A DNA stretch of 64,000 nucleotides, from NCBI GenBank assembly GCA_002269645.1, contig NIVC01001715.1, positions 62,001 to 126,000 on the forward strand, given 5' to 3'. The stretch comes from Macrostomum lignano. Its lineage: Eukaryota. How positions within the stretch are numbered: the stretch's first letter is position 1; every line of letters begins with the position of its first letter. Below are positions 48,496 to 60,600 of this stretch, piece after piece. A model generated the notes under the pieces. It worked only from the letters and a program-made list of their open reading frames with translations, was not told the DNA's origin and made no database searches. Made by a program: the position numbers and the translations under genes.

Positions 48496-49142
48496 AAAGC
48501 ACTGGGTGTACAATGTACTTACATCAAGCACTCAACTATGTAGAAAGTTTACCTACTAATAGAAATAATTGTTGCACCACTAATAAACTAACGGCAATTT
48601 TTTATATCAGATGTGAAAAAAGAACAAAGTCAAAATGTGTTTACGGCAAAAAGGAAATAATAATTTAAGCATAATAAAAAGTTGTAACACATTTCGAATG
48701 CATACATATATAGTACACGTCACACAGAGCAGGGTAGTGAAAAAAAACATAAATGAAAAGGTTTGATATCACTGATAAATGATTAAAATTAAATAGCGCA
48801 TGTTAGCATATACCAACTATATGCCAGGCATAATGGTACTCTATGTGATGAGATTCTATAAATACACGTATAGTTATGACTCAACGAAAATAAAATTTTG
48901 ATATATCAGCTTATTATTGTACAACGCAGGTACACAGAACATGGACTTTCAAATCGCAGTCAATATATTGCTGCTTTTTTACATAATAAAATTGTATTAT
49001 GCTTTAGAGAAGAAGGCCATCGCCTGTGGTTGAAGTTTATTTTTAAAGTGCGGAATCTGTCTTTTTAACAAAAAATGTAGAGTGCTTTGTGATTTGATCC
49101 AATGACTCTGGTATAGCATTCTGGTCATGGCGGACTATCTTA

Positions 49143-50697
49143 GTGTCCATTGTACGTGTCTTAAGGATGTCCTCTGTACGTGTCTTAAGGGTGTCCTCTC
49201 TACGTGTTTTAAGGGTGTCCACTGTACGTGTCCTAAGGGTGTCCACTGTACGTGTCTTAAGGGTGTCCACTGTACGTGTCCTAAGGGTGTCCACTGTACG
49301 TGTCTTAAGGGTGTCCTCTGTACGTGTCCTAAGGGTGTCCACTGTACGTGTCTTAAGGGTGTCCACAGTACGTGTCTTAAGGGTGTCTATTGTACGTGTC
49401 CTAAGGGTGTCCATTGTACGTATCTTAAGGGTGTCCTCTGTACGTGTCTTAAGGATGTCCATTGTACGTGTCCTAAGGGTGTCCATTGTACGTATCTTAA
49501 GGGTGTCCTCTGTACGTGTCTTAAGGATGTCCATTGTACGTGTCTTAAGGATGTCCATTGTACGTGTCTTAAGGGTGTCCACTGTACGTGTCTTAAGGAT
49601 GTCCATTGTACGTGTCTTAAGGATGTCCATTGTACGTGTCTTAAGGATGTCCATTGTACGTGTCTTAAGGATGTCCATTGTACGTGTCTTAAGGATGTCC
49701 ATTGTACGTGTCTTAAGGGTGTCCTCTGTACGTGTCTTAAGGGTGTCCACTGTACGTGTCTTAAGGGTGTCCACTGTACGTGTCCTAAGGGTGTCCACTG
49801 TATGTGTCTTAAGGGTGTCCATTGTACGTGTCTTAAGGATGTCTTCTGTACGAGTCTTAAGGATGTCCATTGTACGTGTCTTAAGGGTGTCCACTGTACG
49901 TGTCCTAAGGGTGTCCACTGTACGTGTCTTAAGGGTGTCCTCTGTACGTGTCCTAAGGGTGTCCACTGTACGTGTCTTAAGGGAGTCCACTGTACGTGTC
50001 TTAAGGGTGTCCACTGTACGTGTCTTAAGGATGTCCATTGTACGTGTCTTAAGGATGTCCATTGTACGTGTCTTAAGGGTGTCCACTGTACGTGTCTTAA
50101 GGGTGTCCACTGTACGTGTCTTAAGGGTGTCCACTGTACGTGTCCTAAGGGTGTCCATTGTACGTGTCTTAAGGGTGTCCACTGTACGTGTCTTAAGGGT
50201 GTCCACTGTACGTGTCTTAAGGGTGTCCATTGTACGTGTCTTAAGGATGTCCATTGTACGTGTCTTAAGGGTGTCCTCTGTACGTGTCTTAAGGATGTCT
50301 TCTGTACGTATCTTAAGGATGTCCATTGTACGTGTCTTAAGGGTGTCCATTGTACGTGTCTTAAGGGTGTCCTCTGTACGTGTCTTAAGGATGTCTTCTG
50401 TACGTATCTTAAGGATGTCCATTGTACGTGTCTTAAGGGTGTCCATTGTACGTGTCTTAAGGGTGTCCTCTGTAAGTGTCTTAAGGATGTCTTCTGTACG
50501 TGTCTTAAGGGTGTCCTCTGTACTTTTAATGGTGTCCACTGTACGTTTTTTAAGGGTGTCCACTGTACGTGTCCTAAGGGTGTCCATTGTACGTGTCTTA
50601 AGGATGTCCACTGTACTCTTAAGGGTGTCCACTGTACGTGTCTTAAGGGTGTCCACTATACGTGTCCTAAGGGTGTCCACTGTACGTGTCCTAAGGG
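49143..50697 (+). repeat. Minisatellite, 24-bp unit TGTACGTGTCTTAAGGGTGTCCAC, about 65 copies
   Basis: Source of the artefactual 524-581-aa ORFs. Confidence 0.97.
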
Positions 50698-50788
50698 CTG
50701 ATATGGTAATTTCATTTTGTTTACAAGCACGCAAGTATTCAAGTCGGGCGGTCTCTCTATGAGCCGAGCCCATCAGTAGGTCAATCAA

Positions 50789-51556
50789 TCAATCCTCAAC
50801 CACAGGCACCAGCAGCAGTTGTTGTCGACCATCGCCGGCTCGACCGTCAGCGGTGCCATCTCCGCTGCCACCAGCGGCAGCCGTCGCAGACAGCCACCTT
50901 CGCAGCCTCGCAATGCCGCTGATTCCACCACCGCCGCCGCTGCGACCTCCCGATCGGGATCGTTCAAACTCGCGGCCGATTCGTTCCAACGATTTGCCGC
51001 TGGTCTCCGGCACCAGAGCCGCTGAGAAGGCCACCGCCAAGCAGCAGACGCCGCAGTACAGTCCGAAGGTGCCAGGCGCCCCAATACCTTGCAGTAGGCT
51101 TAGAAACGACACAGACGTAGCCAGCCCAGCTAGCCAATTTAAACTGGAACATGCGCCAACAGCTCTGGCCCTCAGACTGGCCGGAAATATTTCGGACAAT
51201 ACTAGCCAGACCACAGGGCCAAAGCTGGCACTGTAAGCGGCTACAAACACTAGCAGGGTTGCTAGGGCAACAAATCCGCCAGGTGTTGTATCTGATAGAT
51301 TATCGAATACCGATCCAGACGATAGAGTGTCGTTACTATGAGCGCTGCTACTATTACTGTTTAGATCAATGGTTGATTCTAAACAAATGCCAATAGTGTA
51401 GTTACTGCCGCTGCTGCGCTTGAAGCTCTGTTCGGCTACAGCCGTTATAATGGAGAATACGGCCAGGGCTGCGGCCATGACGGCGCTGCCGGCGATCAGG
51501 ATTCGTCGACGACCGACGCGATCGACTAAAGCCAGGGAGACTATGCAGCTTAGCAC
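50789..51556 (-). CDS. SLC2A10: GLUT10/12-like terminal exon
   Basis: TCATCAG|GTG CTA AGC; TM8-12 motifs; stop at 50789. Confidence 0.92.
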   Translation of the reverse strand: MLSCIVSLALVDRVGRRRILIAGSAVMAAALAVFSIITAVAEQSFKRSSGSNYTIGICLESTIDLNSNSSSAHSNDTLSSGSVFDNLSDTTPGGFVALATLLVFVAAYSASFGPVVWLVLSEIFPASLRARAVGACSSLNWLAGLATSVSFLSLLQGIGAPGTFGLYCGVCCLAVAFSAALVPETSGKSLERIGREFERSRSGGRSGGGGGISGIARLRRWLSATAAAGGSGDGTADGRAGDGRQQLLLVPVVED

Positions 51557-54518
51557 CTGATGAAGTTAGCGATGCAGACAGGTTTAAGGTTTGCTTAGGT
51601 TATGTGCTTAAGCTATTAGATTAAAAGAAATTCTCACGATTGGCTTAAGAACGATCCTTATTGGTTGGTTTGGGGACAATTCTTATTGGTTGGCTTGGGG
51701 ACGATTCTTATTGGTTGATTTGGGGACGATTCTTATTGGTTGGTTTGGGGACGATTCTTATTGGTTGGCTTGGGGACGATTCTTATTGGTTGGTTTGGGG
51801 ACGATTCTTATTGGTTGGCTTGGGGACGATTCTTATTGGTTGGCTTGGGGACGATTCTTATTGGTTGATTTGGGGACGATTCTTATTGGTTGGCTTGGGG
51901 ACGATTCTTATTGGTTGGCTTGGGGACGATTCTTATTGGTTGGCTTGGGGACGATTCTTATTGGTTGATTAGGGGACGATTCTTATTGGTTGGCTTGAGG
52001 ACGATTCTTATTGGCTGGCTTGAGGACGATTCTTATTTTGTTAATTTCGGGACGATTCTTATTGGTTGGTATGAGGACGATTCTAATTGGTTGGTATGAG
52101 GACGATTCTAATTGGTTGGTTTGAGGATGATTTTTAATGGTTGGCTTGGAGACAATTCTTATTCTTATTCTTGTATTCTTATCAATTCTTGGAGACCGCT
52201 CACCTTAACTGCTCCCACGCCAATAGCAGCAAGAGTCTGCTCCTTAGACGTGCGAAATCCAACAGACATCAGCACGGTAGGCGCATAATACAACAGACAC
52301 GATTGGCCGCTGAGCTGCTGCAGCAGCACCAAACAGCAGCCGATCAGGAACCGACGCCTGTAGCCTCCGTAAGCGTCGGAGCGAATCAGATCGGCCACCC
52401 GACGACCGGATTCCAATCGGACTGCCCGTTCGATGCCCAGCAATTCTCCGACAATGTCGGCGTCTATCTGACCTCGACGAAGTCGTTTTAGAACGGCTTC
52501 AGCTTGAGGCCGGCGACCCATCGCTAGGAGGTACCGAGGGCTGGGCGGCAAAGGCTGCAGACAGGCCAGCTGGAGCAGAGCCAGTAGGCCGGGTAGGGCA
52601 AACAGTAGACGCCAATTTGGTAGCAGTAGATAGCCGCTGGCGTATGCGAGTAGAAGGCCTGGATAATTGAGATCAATAAAACCATACTTTGTATGTTTTC
52701 AATTCAATGGGCTCCAATGGGAAAATTTATTTGGGCAATAAGAACCTTCTAGACGGAAGGTATCGATCTAGGGTTGTAACAAATTTTGGCTTTAAATACA
52801 TGTAGAACCAACTTGTATGGCTGCCGATATGTATAGTAAATAACACTATTTAAATGCAAAATATGCTTGTCTAGGCAGAAATCAGATTTCTTTTAATGGT
52901 ATTTTTTAAAAGCAAACGAGTATATTCGGGATACCCGTTGCCAGCATAGCCAGATAGCCAGCAGATAGCTAGTAGATAGCTAGTAGATTAGCTAGTAGAT
53001 TAGCTAGTAGATTAGCTAGTAGATCAGCTAGTAGATCAGCTCGTAGATAGCTACTTATTTAGCTAGTAGATAGCTTGTAGATAGCTAGTAGATTAGCTAG
53101 TAGATAGCTAGTAGATAGCTAGTAGATAGCTAGTAGATAGCTAGTAGATCAGCTAGTAGATAGCTAGTAGATTAGCTAGTAGATAGCCAGCAGATAGCTA
53201 GTAGATAGCTAGTAGATTAGCTAGTAGATTAGCTAGTAGATTAGCTAGTAGATTAGCTAGTAGATCAGCTAGTAGATCAGCTCGTAGATAGCTACTTATT
53301 TAGCTAGTAGATAGCTTGTAGATAGCTAGTAGATTAGCTAGTAGATAGCTAGTAGATAGCTAGTAGATCAGCTAGTAGATCAGCTCGTAGATAGCTACTT
53401 ATTTAGCTAGTAGATAGCTAGTAGATTAGCTAGTAGATAGCTAGTAGATAGCTAGTAGATAGCTAGTAGATCAGCTAGTAGATAGCTAGTAGATTAGCTA
53501 GTAGATAGCTAGTAGATTAGCTAGTAGATTAGCTAGTAGATTAGCTAGTAGATAGCTAGTAGATTAGCTAGTAGATTAGCTAGTAGATTAGCTAGTAGAT
53601 TAGCTAGTAGATTAGCTAGTAGATAGCTAGTAGATTAGCTAGTAGATAGCTAGTAGATCAGCTAGTAGATTAGCTAGTAGATTAGCTAGTAGATAGCTAG
53701 TAGATAGCTAGTAGATATGCTAGTAGATAGCTAGTAAATCGCGGCAGACAGCGGGCTGATTAAACCAACTCACCCAGGGTGATGCCCAGCTCATTGGCGG
53801 ACACCAGAGCGCCCCGCCGTTTCGGCGCCGCCACCTCGGACGCGTACAGGCACTCCCCGGTGGCGCACACGGCAACGCCAACTCCTAGAAGAAGCCGACC
53901 TGCAAGCAGCAGCCACAGACTCGGCGCCGCCGTCAGCGCCGCGCTGGCGCCAATCAGCAGGGCGCAGTTGGCGCGCAAAATCCGACGCCGACCGTAGCGA
54001 TCCATCAGCGGGCTGACTAACAGCGAGCCAGCGAACGCGCCCAAAGGCAGGGCGGATACAATGAGCTCCTGCTCCGGACAGGTGAGACGAAACTGCGGTC
54101 TCAAAGCTAGCAGGGCGTCGCCGATAACGCCAAGATCGTAGCCGAAGGTTAGACCACCTAGTAGTGCAGAGACTCCCGTCACAGCCAGCAGACTATTGCC
54201 GCTGGGGTGGCAACAACGGCGACAGCGCAGTTTCTTACAGAGAAAAGTACATTTGCCATCGCAGCATCCGTCTTCTTCATCGTCGTCGTCATCGTCATCA
54301 TCATCGCCATTGATATTGTCAACTTCACCACCGATAGGCCTGCGGCTGCCGCCAGATAAACTGGTGGACGCATCCAGCATCAGGGCGTCCTCCGGCTCGG
54401 AGTGCGCGTCGTAGCCGAACCTGACGCTGCCGTCGTCTTCGTAGCTCAAACCGAAGCCTGAGCTATCGGCGTGATAGCTGCCTGCTCCGCTGGTTGATAG
54501 CTGCAAAGACTGCAACAT
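50789..54518 (-). CDS. SLC2A10: Class III facilitative glucose transporter, GLUT10/GLUT12-like (MFS sugar porter). Exons 54509(or ATG 54518)..53774, 52658..52204, 51556..50789; possible upstream micro-exon 55841..55824
   Basis: GGLTFGYDLGVI, LTCPEQELIVS, DRYGRR, YASEVAAPKRRGALVS, LPPSPRYL, QQLSGQ..LYYA, VDRVGRR, SFGPVVWLVLSEIFP, VPETSGKSLE. Long extracellular loop 9. Likely co-ortholog of SLC2A10/12. Confidence 0.92.
51645..52165 (+). repeat. Minisatellite, 25-bp unit TTATTGGTTGGCTTGGGGACGATTC
   Basis: Fills the last GLUT intron. Confidence 0.95.
52204..52658 (-). CDS. SLC2A10: GLUT10/12-like middle exon
   Basis: TATCCAG|GC CTT CTA (GLLLAYASG...WRLLF...PPSPRY); donor AAG|GTGAGC. Confidence 0.92.
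52945..53735 (+). repeat. 12-13-bp repeat AGCTAGTAGAT(T/C)
   Basis: GLUT intron; includes internally duplicated blocks carrying AGCTACTTATTT. Confidence 0.95.
53774..54518 (-). CDS. SLC2A10: GLUT10/12-like exon (N-terminal half)
   Basis: Donor CTG G|GTGAGT at 53773. 5' boundary uncertain: ATG 54518 or acceptor at 54510/54501. Confidence 0.88.
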
Positions 54519-54542
54519 TAGGCACGGTTTTACTAATTATTT

Positions 54543-55135
54543 TTAGGGCGTGTGTACATTGGGGTAGAGAAACGCTGGTCTCTTTAGGGCGGGTGTACAT
54601 TGGGGTAGAGAAAAGCCGCTCTCTTTAGGGCGGGTGTACATTGGGGTAGAGAAAAGCCGCTCTCTTTAGGGCGAGTGTACATTGGGGTAGAGAAACACCG
54701 CTCTCTTTAGGGCGGGTGTACATTGGGGTAGAGAAACACCGCTCTCTTTAGGGCGGGTGTAAATTGGGGTAGAGAAAGCCGCTCTCTTTAGGGCGGGTGT
54801 ACATTGGGGTAGAGAAAGCCGCTCTCTTTAGGGCGGGTGTACATTGGGGTAGAGAAAAGCCGCTCTCTTTAGGGCGGGTGTACATTGGGGTAGAGAAAAG
54901 CCGGTCTCTTTAGGGCGAGTGTACATTGGGGTAGAGAAACACCGCTCTCTTTAGGGCGGGTGTACATTGGGGTAGAGAAACGCTGGTCTCTTTAGGGCGG
55001 GTGTACATTGGGGTAGAGAAACACCGCTCTCTTTAGGGCGGGTGTACATTTGGGTAGAGAAAAGCCGCTCTCTTTAGGGCGGGTGTAAATTGGGGTAGAG
55101 AAACGCTGGTCTCTTTACGGCGGGTTTTTAGAATG
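54543..55135 (+). repeat. Minisatellite, ~40-bp unit TTAGGGCGGGTGTACATTGGGGTAGAGAAAAGCCGCTCTCT
   Basis: About 15 units directly 5' of the first large GLUT exon. Confidence 0.95.
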
Positions 55136-55823
55136 GGGTAGAGGATGTGCATTATGTAAAATCTTACAACTAATATTTTTGAAAATTAAAAGCTAACATA
55201 ATATAGCATACTCTAATAATTGAAATATATGAGAAATCTTGAGTTGCATAGTGCACTTGCCGAGTTGGCTCAATATTTCAATAGATTTGTAGGAGTAGTA
55301 GTCGTACAGGTGTTGTTTTATAAGCAAGTGAACATCATGCTCATTTAATTAGTGGCAATAATAGAAAAATAGATAATTAAAAACTTAAAAACACTCTTTA
55401 CGAAATGGAAAGGAAATTAAACAATAAACAGTTTAGTGACCATTTTAATGATGACGCAAATTAATTATAAATAATCATAATATCTGTTCAGTTAAAAAAC
55501 CATGCAATCAACACAGAAGAATATTTCATTTTGTATACAGATGCAAATTTGGCGTGTGACTAGATGGCAAATCGTATACTGCAATGTATGACAAAAGTAG
55601 AATCGCTAGCACTAATCATCTACCGGATAGTAGCATAGTGCGAACATTACGTTACTTTTGTAAATTGAAAAAGGAAGTTTAAATGAATGTTTGATACTAC
55701 GGGTAGACTAAACAGACACTTGATTTTGTCCGGTTGATATGCGAACGATGCAGTGAGTCATTTACCAATTCGATCAATTCGATAATTTATGGATTTGTAC
55801 CAAAAGCACAAACAGAATAAAAC

Positions 55824-55841
55824 CTCATGTAGTGGCGCCAT
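55824..55841 (-). CDS. Candidate 18-nt first coding exon of the GLUT10/12-like gene (MAPLHE)
   Basis: AAATGGCG CCA CTA CAT GAG|GTTTTA is phase 0 and matches the CTAAT-GTTGCAG / TCTTTGCAG acceptors at 54510/54501. Not independently supported. Confidence 0.35.
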
Positions 55842-55884
55842 TTAACGGAGTTGATTTTGATAAATCTTATTTCAATTAAGGAAG

Positions 55885-57148
55885 ATTCTGATTCTCAGAA
55901 GACACTTACAGTCGGGGGCGATACTTAGTGGACACTTACAGCTAGGATTTTATTCTCAGTGGACACTTACAGCCAGGGTTTAATTCTCAAAGGACACTTA
56001 CAGCTAGGATTTGATTCTCAGTGGACACTTGCAGCTAGGATTTGATTCTCAGTGGACACTTAAAGCTAGGATTTGATTCTCAGTGGACACTTAAAGCTAG
56101 GATTTGATTCTCAGTGGACACTTACAGCCAGGGTTTAATTCTCAAAGGACACTTGCAGCTAGGATTTTATTCTTAGTGAACACTTACAGCTAGGATTTGA
56201 TTCTCAGTGGACACTTACAGCCAGGATTTGATTCTCAAAGGACACTTACAGCTAGGATTTGATTCTCAGTGGACACTTACAGCTAGGATTTAATTCTCAA
56301 AGGACACTTGCAGCTAGGATTTTATTCTTAGTGAACACTTACAGCTAGGATTTGATTCTCAGTGGACACTTACAGCCAGGATTTGATTCTCAAAGGACAC
56401 TTACAGCTAGGATTTGATTCTCAAAGGACACTTACAGCTAGGATTTGATTCTCAGTGGACACTTACAGCTAGAGTTTGATTCTCAGTGGACACTTAAAGC
56501 TAGGATTTGATTCTCAATGGACACTTACAGCTAGGATTTAATTCTCAAAGGACACTTACAGCTAGGATTTGATTCTCAGTGGACACTTAAAGCTAGGATT
56601 TGATTCTCAAAGGACACTTACAGCTAGGATTTGATTCTCAGTGGACACTTACAGCTAGAGTTTGATTCTCAGTGGACACTTAAAGCTAGGATTTGATTCT
56701 CAGTGGACACTTAAAGCTAGGATTTGATTCTCAGTGGACACTTAAAGCTAGGATTTGATTCTCAGTGGACACTTACAGCTAGGATTTGATTCTCAAAGGA
56801 CACTTACAGCTAGGATTTGATTCTCAGTGGACACTTACAGCTAGGATTTGATTCTCAGTGGACACTTACAGCTAGAGTTTGATTCTCAGTGGACACTTGC
56901 AGCTAGGATTTTATTCTTAGTGAACACTTACAGCTAGGATTTGATTCTCAAAGGACACTTACAGCCAGGATTTGATTCTCAAAGGACACTTGCAGCTAGG
57001 ATTTGATTCTCAGTGGACACTTACAGCTAGGATTTGATTCTCAGTGGACACTTACAGCTAGGATTTGATTCTCAAAGGACACTTACAGCCAGGATTTGAT
57101 TCTCAAAGGACACTTGCAGCTAGGATTTGATTCTCAGTGGACACTTCT
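55885..57148 (+). repeat. Minisatellite, 31-bp unit GGATTTGATTCTCAGTGGACACTTACAGCTA
   Basis: Between the CLEC16A stop and the GLUT start. Confidence 0.96.
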
Positions 57149-57254
57149 AGAGCCAATACTTGGTAATCAATTAGGCTGTTTGTAGACACACCAGTTAATT
57201 GGAAATACAATAATCGTATTAGCAATGTCCTCTTTACAGTTTTGAGTCGAAGCG

Positions 57255-57660
57255 TTACTGCGACTGAGAACTGTCCAGCTCACCGCCTTCCCCAAGGTCC
57301 AACCCACTCGGGCTGGAAGAATATTTATTCGAAGAAGACAGCGTCGCCGGCTGCTGAACAACCACTGCTGCTGGTCCATCGGCGGCGCCGACAACTGACT
57401 CGGCAGTAGGTAGTCGAATATTCGAAGTCGAAGCCGACGTAGATGTCGATAGTAGTCGAGACGGCGATATCGAGGCCGAAGCTCGTTGTCGTTGAACCGC
57501 TTTTCTAGCCGAATGACCCGGCGAGATGGCGTCAATCACTGAGTCAGGAAACTCTAACAGGCGACCAATGGCGGCCATTTTCTCTGTTCTAACTAGTTGG
57601 CGACCCTTGATTAGGCGCTGCTTAGCGGCCATGCAGCGAATGTGATCGTCGAATACGAAT
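57255..57660 (-). CDS. CLEC16A: CLEC16A terminal exon
   Basis: CCCCCAG|A TTC GTA TTC GAC GAT (KFVFDDHIRC); Ser/Thr-rich tail; stop at 57255. Confidence 0.92.
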
Positions 57661-60600
57661 CTGGGGGGGGGTGTGAGTTCCGATTGGATGAGGGCTTTAA
57701 ATGCGAGTCTGTGAGTGTGTAGGCAGTTCAGGAGCAATGCTTTAAAATATTTAGGGTAAATCTTCGGGAGCTGCAGGAGTGATTCTTCAGGAGGTGCAGG
57801 ACTGATTCTTCAGGAGGTTCAGGACTGATTCTTCGGGAGGTTCAGGACTGATTCTTCAGGAGGTGCAGGACTGATTCTTCGGGAGGTGCAGGACTGATTC
57901 TTCGGGAGGTGCAGGACTGATTCTTCAGGAGGTGCAGGACTGATTCTTCAGGAGGTTCAGGACTGATTCTTCAGGAGGTGCAGGACTGATTCTTCAGGAG
58001 GTGCAGGAGTGATTCTTCGGGAGGTGCAGGACTGATTCTTCGGGAGGTGCAGGAGTGATTCTTCAGGAGGTTCAGGACTGATTCTTCAGGAGGTGCAGGA
58101 CTGATTCTTCAGGAGGTGCAGGAGTGATTCTTCGGGAGGTGCAGGACTGATTCTTCAGGAGGTTCAGGACTGATTCTTCAGGAGGTGCAGGACTGATTCT
58201 TCAGGAGGTGCAGGACTGATTCTTCAGGAGGTGCAGGACTGATTCTTCGGGAGGTGCAGGACTGATTCTTCAGGAGGTTCAGGACTGATTCTTCAGGAGG
58301 TGCAGGACTGATTCTTCAGGAGGTGCAGGACTGATTCTTCGGGAGGTTCAGGAGTGATTCTTCGGGAGGTGCAGGAGCGATTCTCCGGGAGGTGCAGGAG
58401 TGATTCTTCGGGAGGTTCAGGAGTGATTCTTCAGGAGGTGCAGGAGCGATTCTCCGGGAGGTGCAGGAATGATTCTTCGGGAGGTTCAGGAGTGATTCTC
58501 CGGGAGGTGCAGGAGCGATTCTCCGGGAGGTGCAGGAGTGATTCTTCGGGAGGTTCAGGAGTGATTCTTCAGGAGGTGCAGGAGCGATTCTCCGGGAGGT
58601 GCAGGAGTGATTCTCCGGGAGGTGCAGGAGTGATTCTTCGGGAGGTTCAGGAGTGATTCTTCAGGAGGTGCAGGAGCGATTCTCCGGGAGGTGCAGGAGT
58701 GATTCTTCGGGAGGTGCAGGAGTGATTCTTCAGGAGGTGCAGGAGTGATTCTTCAGGAGGTGCAGGAGTGATTCTCCAGGAGGTGCAGGAGCGATTCTTC
58801 AGGAGGTGCAGGACTGATTCTTCAGGAGGTGCAGGACTGATTCTCCGGGAGGTGCAGGAGCGATTCTCCGGGAGGTGCAGGACTGATTCTCCGGGAGGTG
58901 CAGGAGCGATTCTCCGGGAGGTGCAGGACTGATTCTCCGGGAGGTGCAGGACTGATTCTCCGGGAGGTGCAGGAGCGATTCTCCGGGAGGTGCAGGAGTG
59001 ATTCTTCGGGAGGTGCAGGAGTGATTCTTCGGGAGGTGCAGGAGTGATTCTTCAGGAGGTTCAGGACTGATTCTCCGGGAGGTGCAGGACTGATTCTCCG
59101 GGAGGTGCAGGAGCGATTCTCCGGGAGGTGCAGGACTGATTCTCCGGGAGGTGCAGGACTGATTCTCCGGGAGGTGCAGGAGCGATTCTCCGGGAGGTGC
59201 AGGAGTGATTCTTCGGGAGGTGCAGGAGTGATTCTTCAGGAGGTGCAGGAGTGATTCTTCAGGAGGTGCAGGAGTGATTCTCCGGGAGGTGCAGGAGTGA
59301 TTCTTCAGGAGGTGCAGGACTGATTCTTCAGGAGGTGCAGGACTGATTCTCCGGGAGGTGCAGGAGCGATTCTCCGGGAGGTGCAGGACTGATTCTCCGG
59401 GAGGTGCAGGACTGATTCTCCGGGAGGTGCAGGAGCGATTCTCCGGGAGGTGCAGGAGTGATTCTTCGGGAGGTGCAGGAGTGATTCTTCGGGAGGTGCA
59501 GGACTGATTCTTCAGGAGGTGCAGGAGTGATTCTCCGGGAGGTGCAGGAGTGATTCTTCAGGAGGTGCAGGAGTGATTCTTCAGGAGGTGCAGGAGTGAT
59601 TCTTCGGGAGGTGCAGGAGTGATTCTTCAGGAGGTGCAGGAGTGATTCTTCAGGAGGTGCAGGACTGATTCTTCAGGAGGTGCAGGACTGATTCTTCAGG
59701 AGGTGCAGGACTGATTCTTCGGGAGGTTCAGGAGTGATTCTTCAGGAGGTGCAGGAGCGATTCTCCGGGAGGTGCAGGAGCGATTCTTCAGTTCGAAGAT
59801 TCGCAGTTAGAATCCCAGAGATTATACTCATTCTGAATGCCACCCCACGCAAACAGACAACAGCAGACAGACTCCCGAAAACTCACTTAGCAGTGAGCAG
59901 CGGCGGCCGAGGAACCGCACCCCTGGGCACAGTCGGACCTCCAGGATTATGAAAAGCTACGTGCAAACTTCGAGAATCTTCTCGATCAGCAACAGCCTCG
60001 GCGTACTGCAATTCACCAATGAACCGGGCAACACCCCAGCCCAAGCGTTTGGCATCCGGTTCCACTAGCACAGCCTGGTGCCGGCTGGCGTCAACGGCGA
60101 GGAAGCGCCTCTCAGCTGGCGGTTTAACGCTGGCTGCTCCAGCGCTGCCACTTCGTTCAACTCGACAGCCAATCAAATCGCTATTGTTGAGATCTAGAGA
60201 GTCGCCTAAGCGTATTGGTGCATTGTTGGAGCCTTCGATAGTCGAAACGGATAACAACGGCAGGTCTGGATCCTGCTCACGTCGGAGACCGTAGCAGAGA
60301 CGGCGCAACAGTAGGAACATGCGAATCGATCGACGGACTCGCTCGGCCTGAGTCGGTTTTGAGTACAGATTGTGCAGAGCTGTGACTGTGTGAGTCGCAA
60401 TCCCTATTGAAACTCAGCATAATTTGCCTTTAAGAACAGATACAAGCAGATTATTTGGTTGCGTACTAACCGTGACTAACTCAGCTTAACCTGAGCAGTG
60501 ACTGCTAGAGAACTTTCACTCCGCTATGCCACACAGCTTTACAGCAAAGAACAGAGCATTCAGTCTGTACAGGGAGCATCCGGTGCATCTTGAGCAAAAC

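Noticed and set aside
48996-49127. 43-codon minus-strand sORF with CCGCCATG context (MTRMLYQSHW...)
   Set aside because: No recognisable homology, AT-rich and directly abutting an array; no support without ribosome profiling.
47586-50788. Long repetitive ORFs over the 27-bp and 24-bp arrays (Cys/His-, Thr- or Val-rich)
   Set aside because: Several overlapping frames are open simultaneously, which is a repeat artefact rather than a metallothionein or mucin gene.
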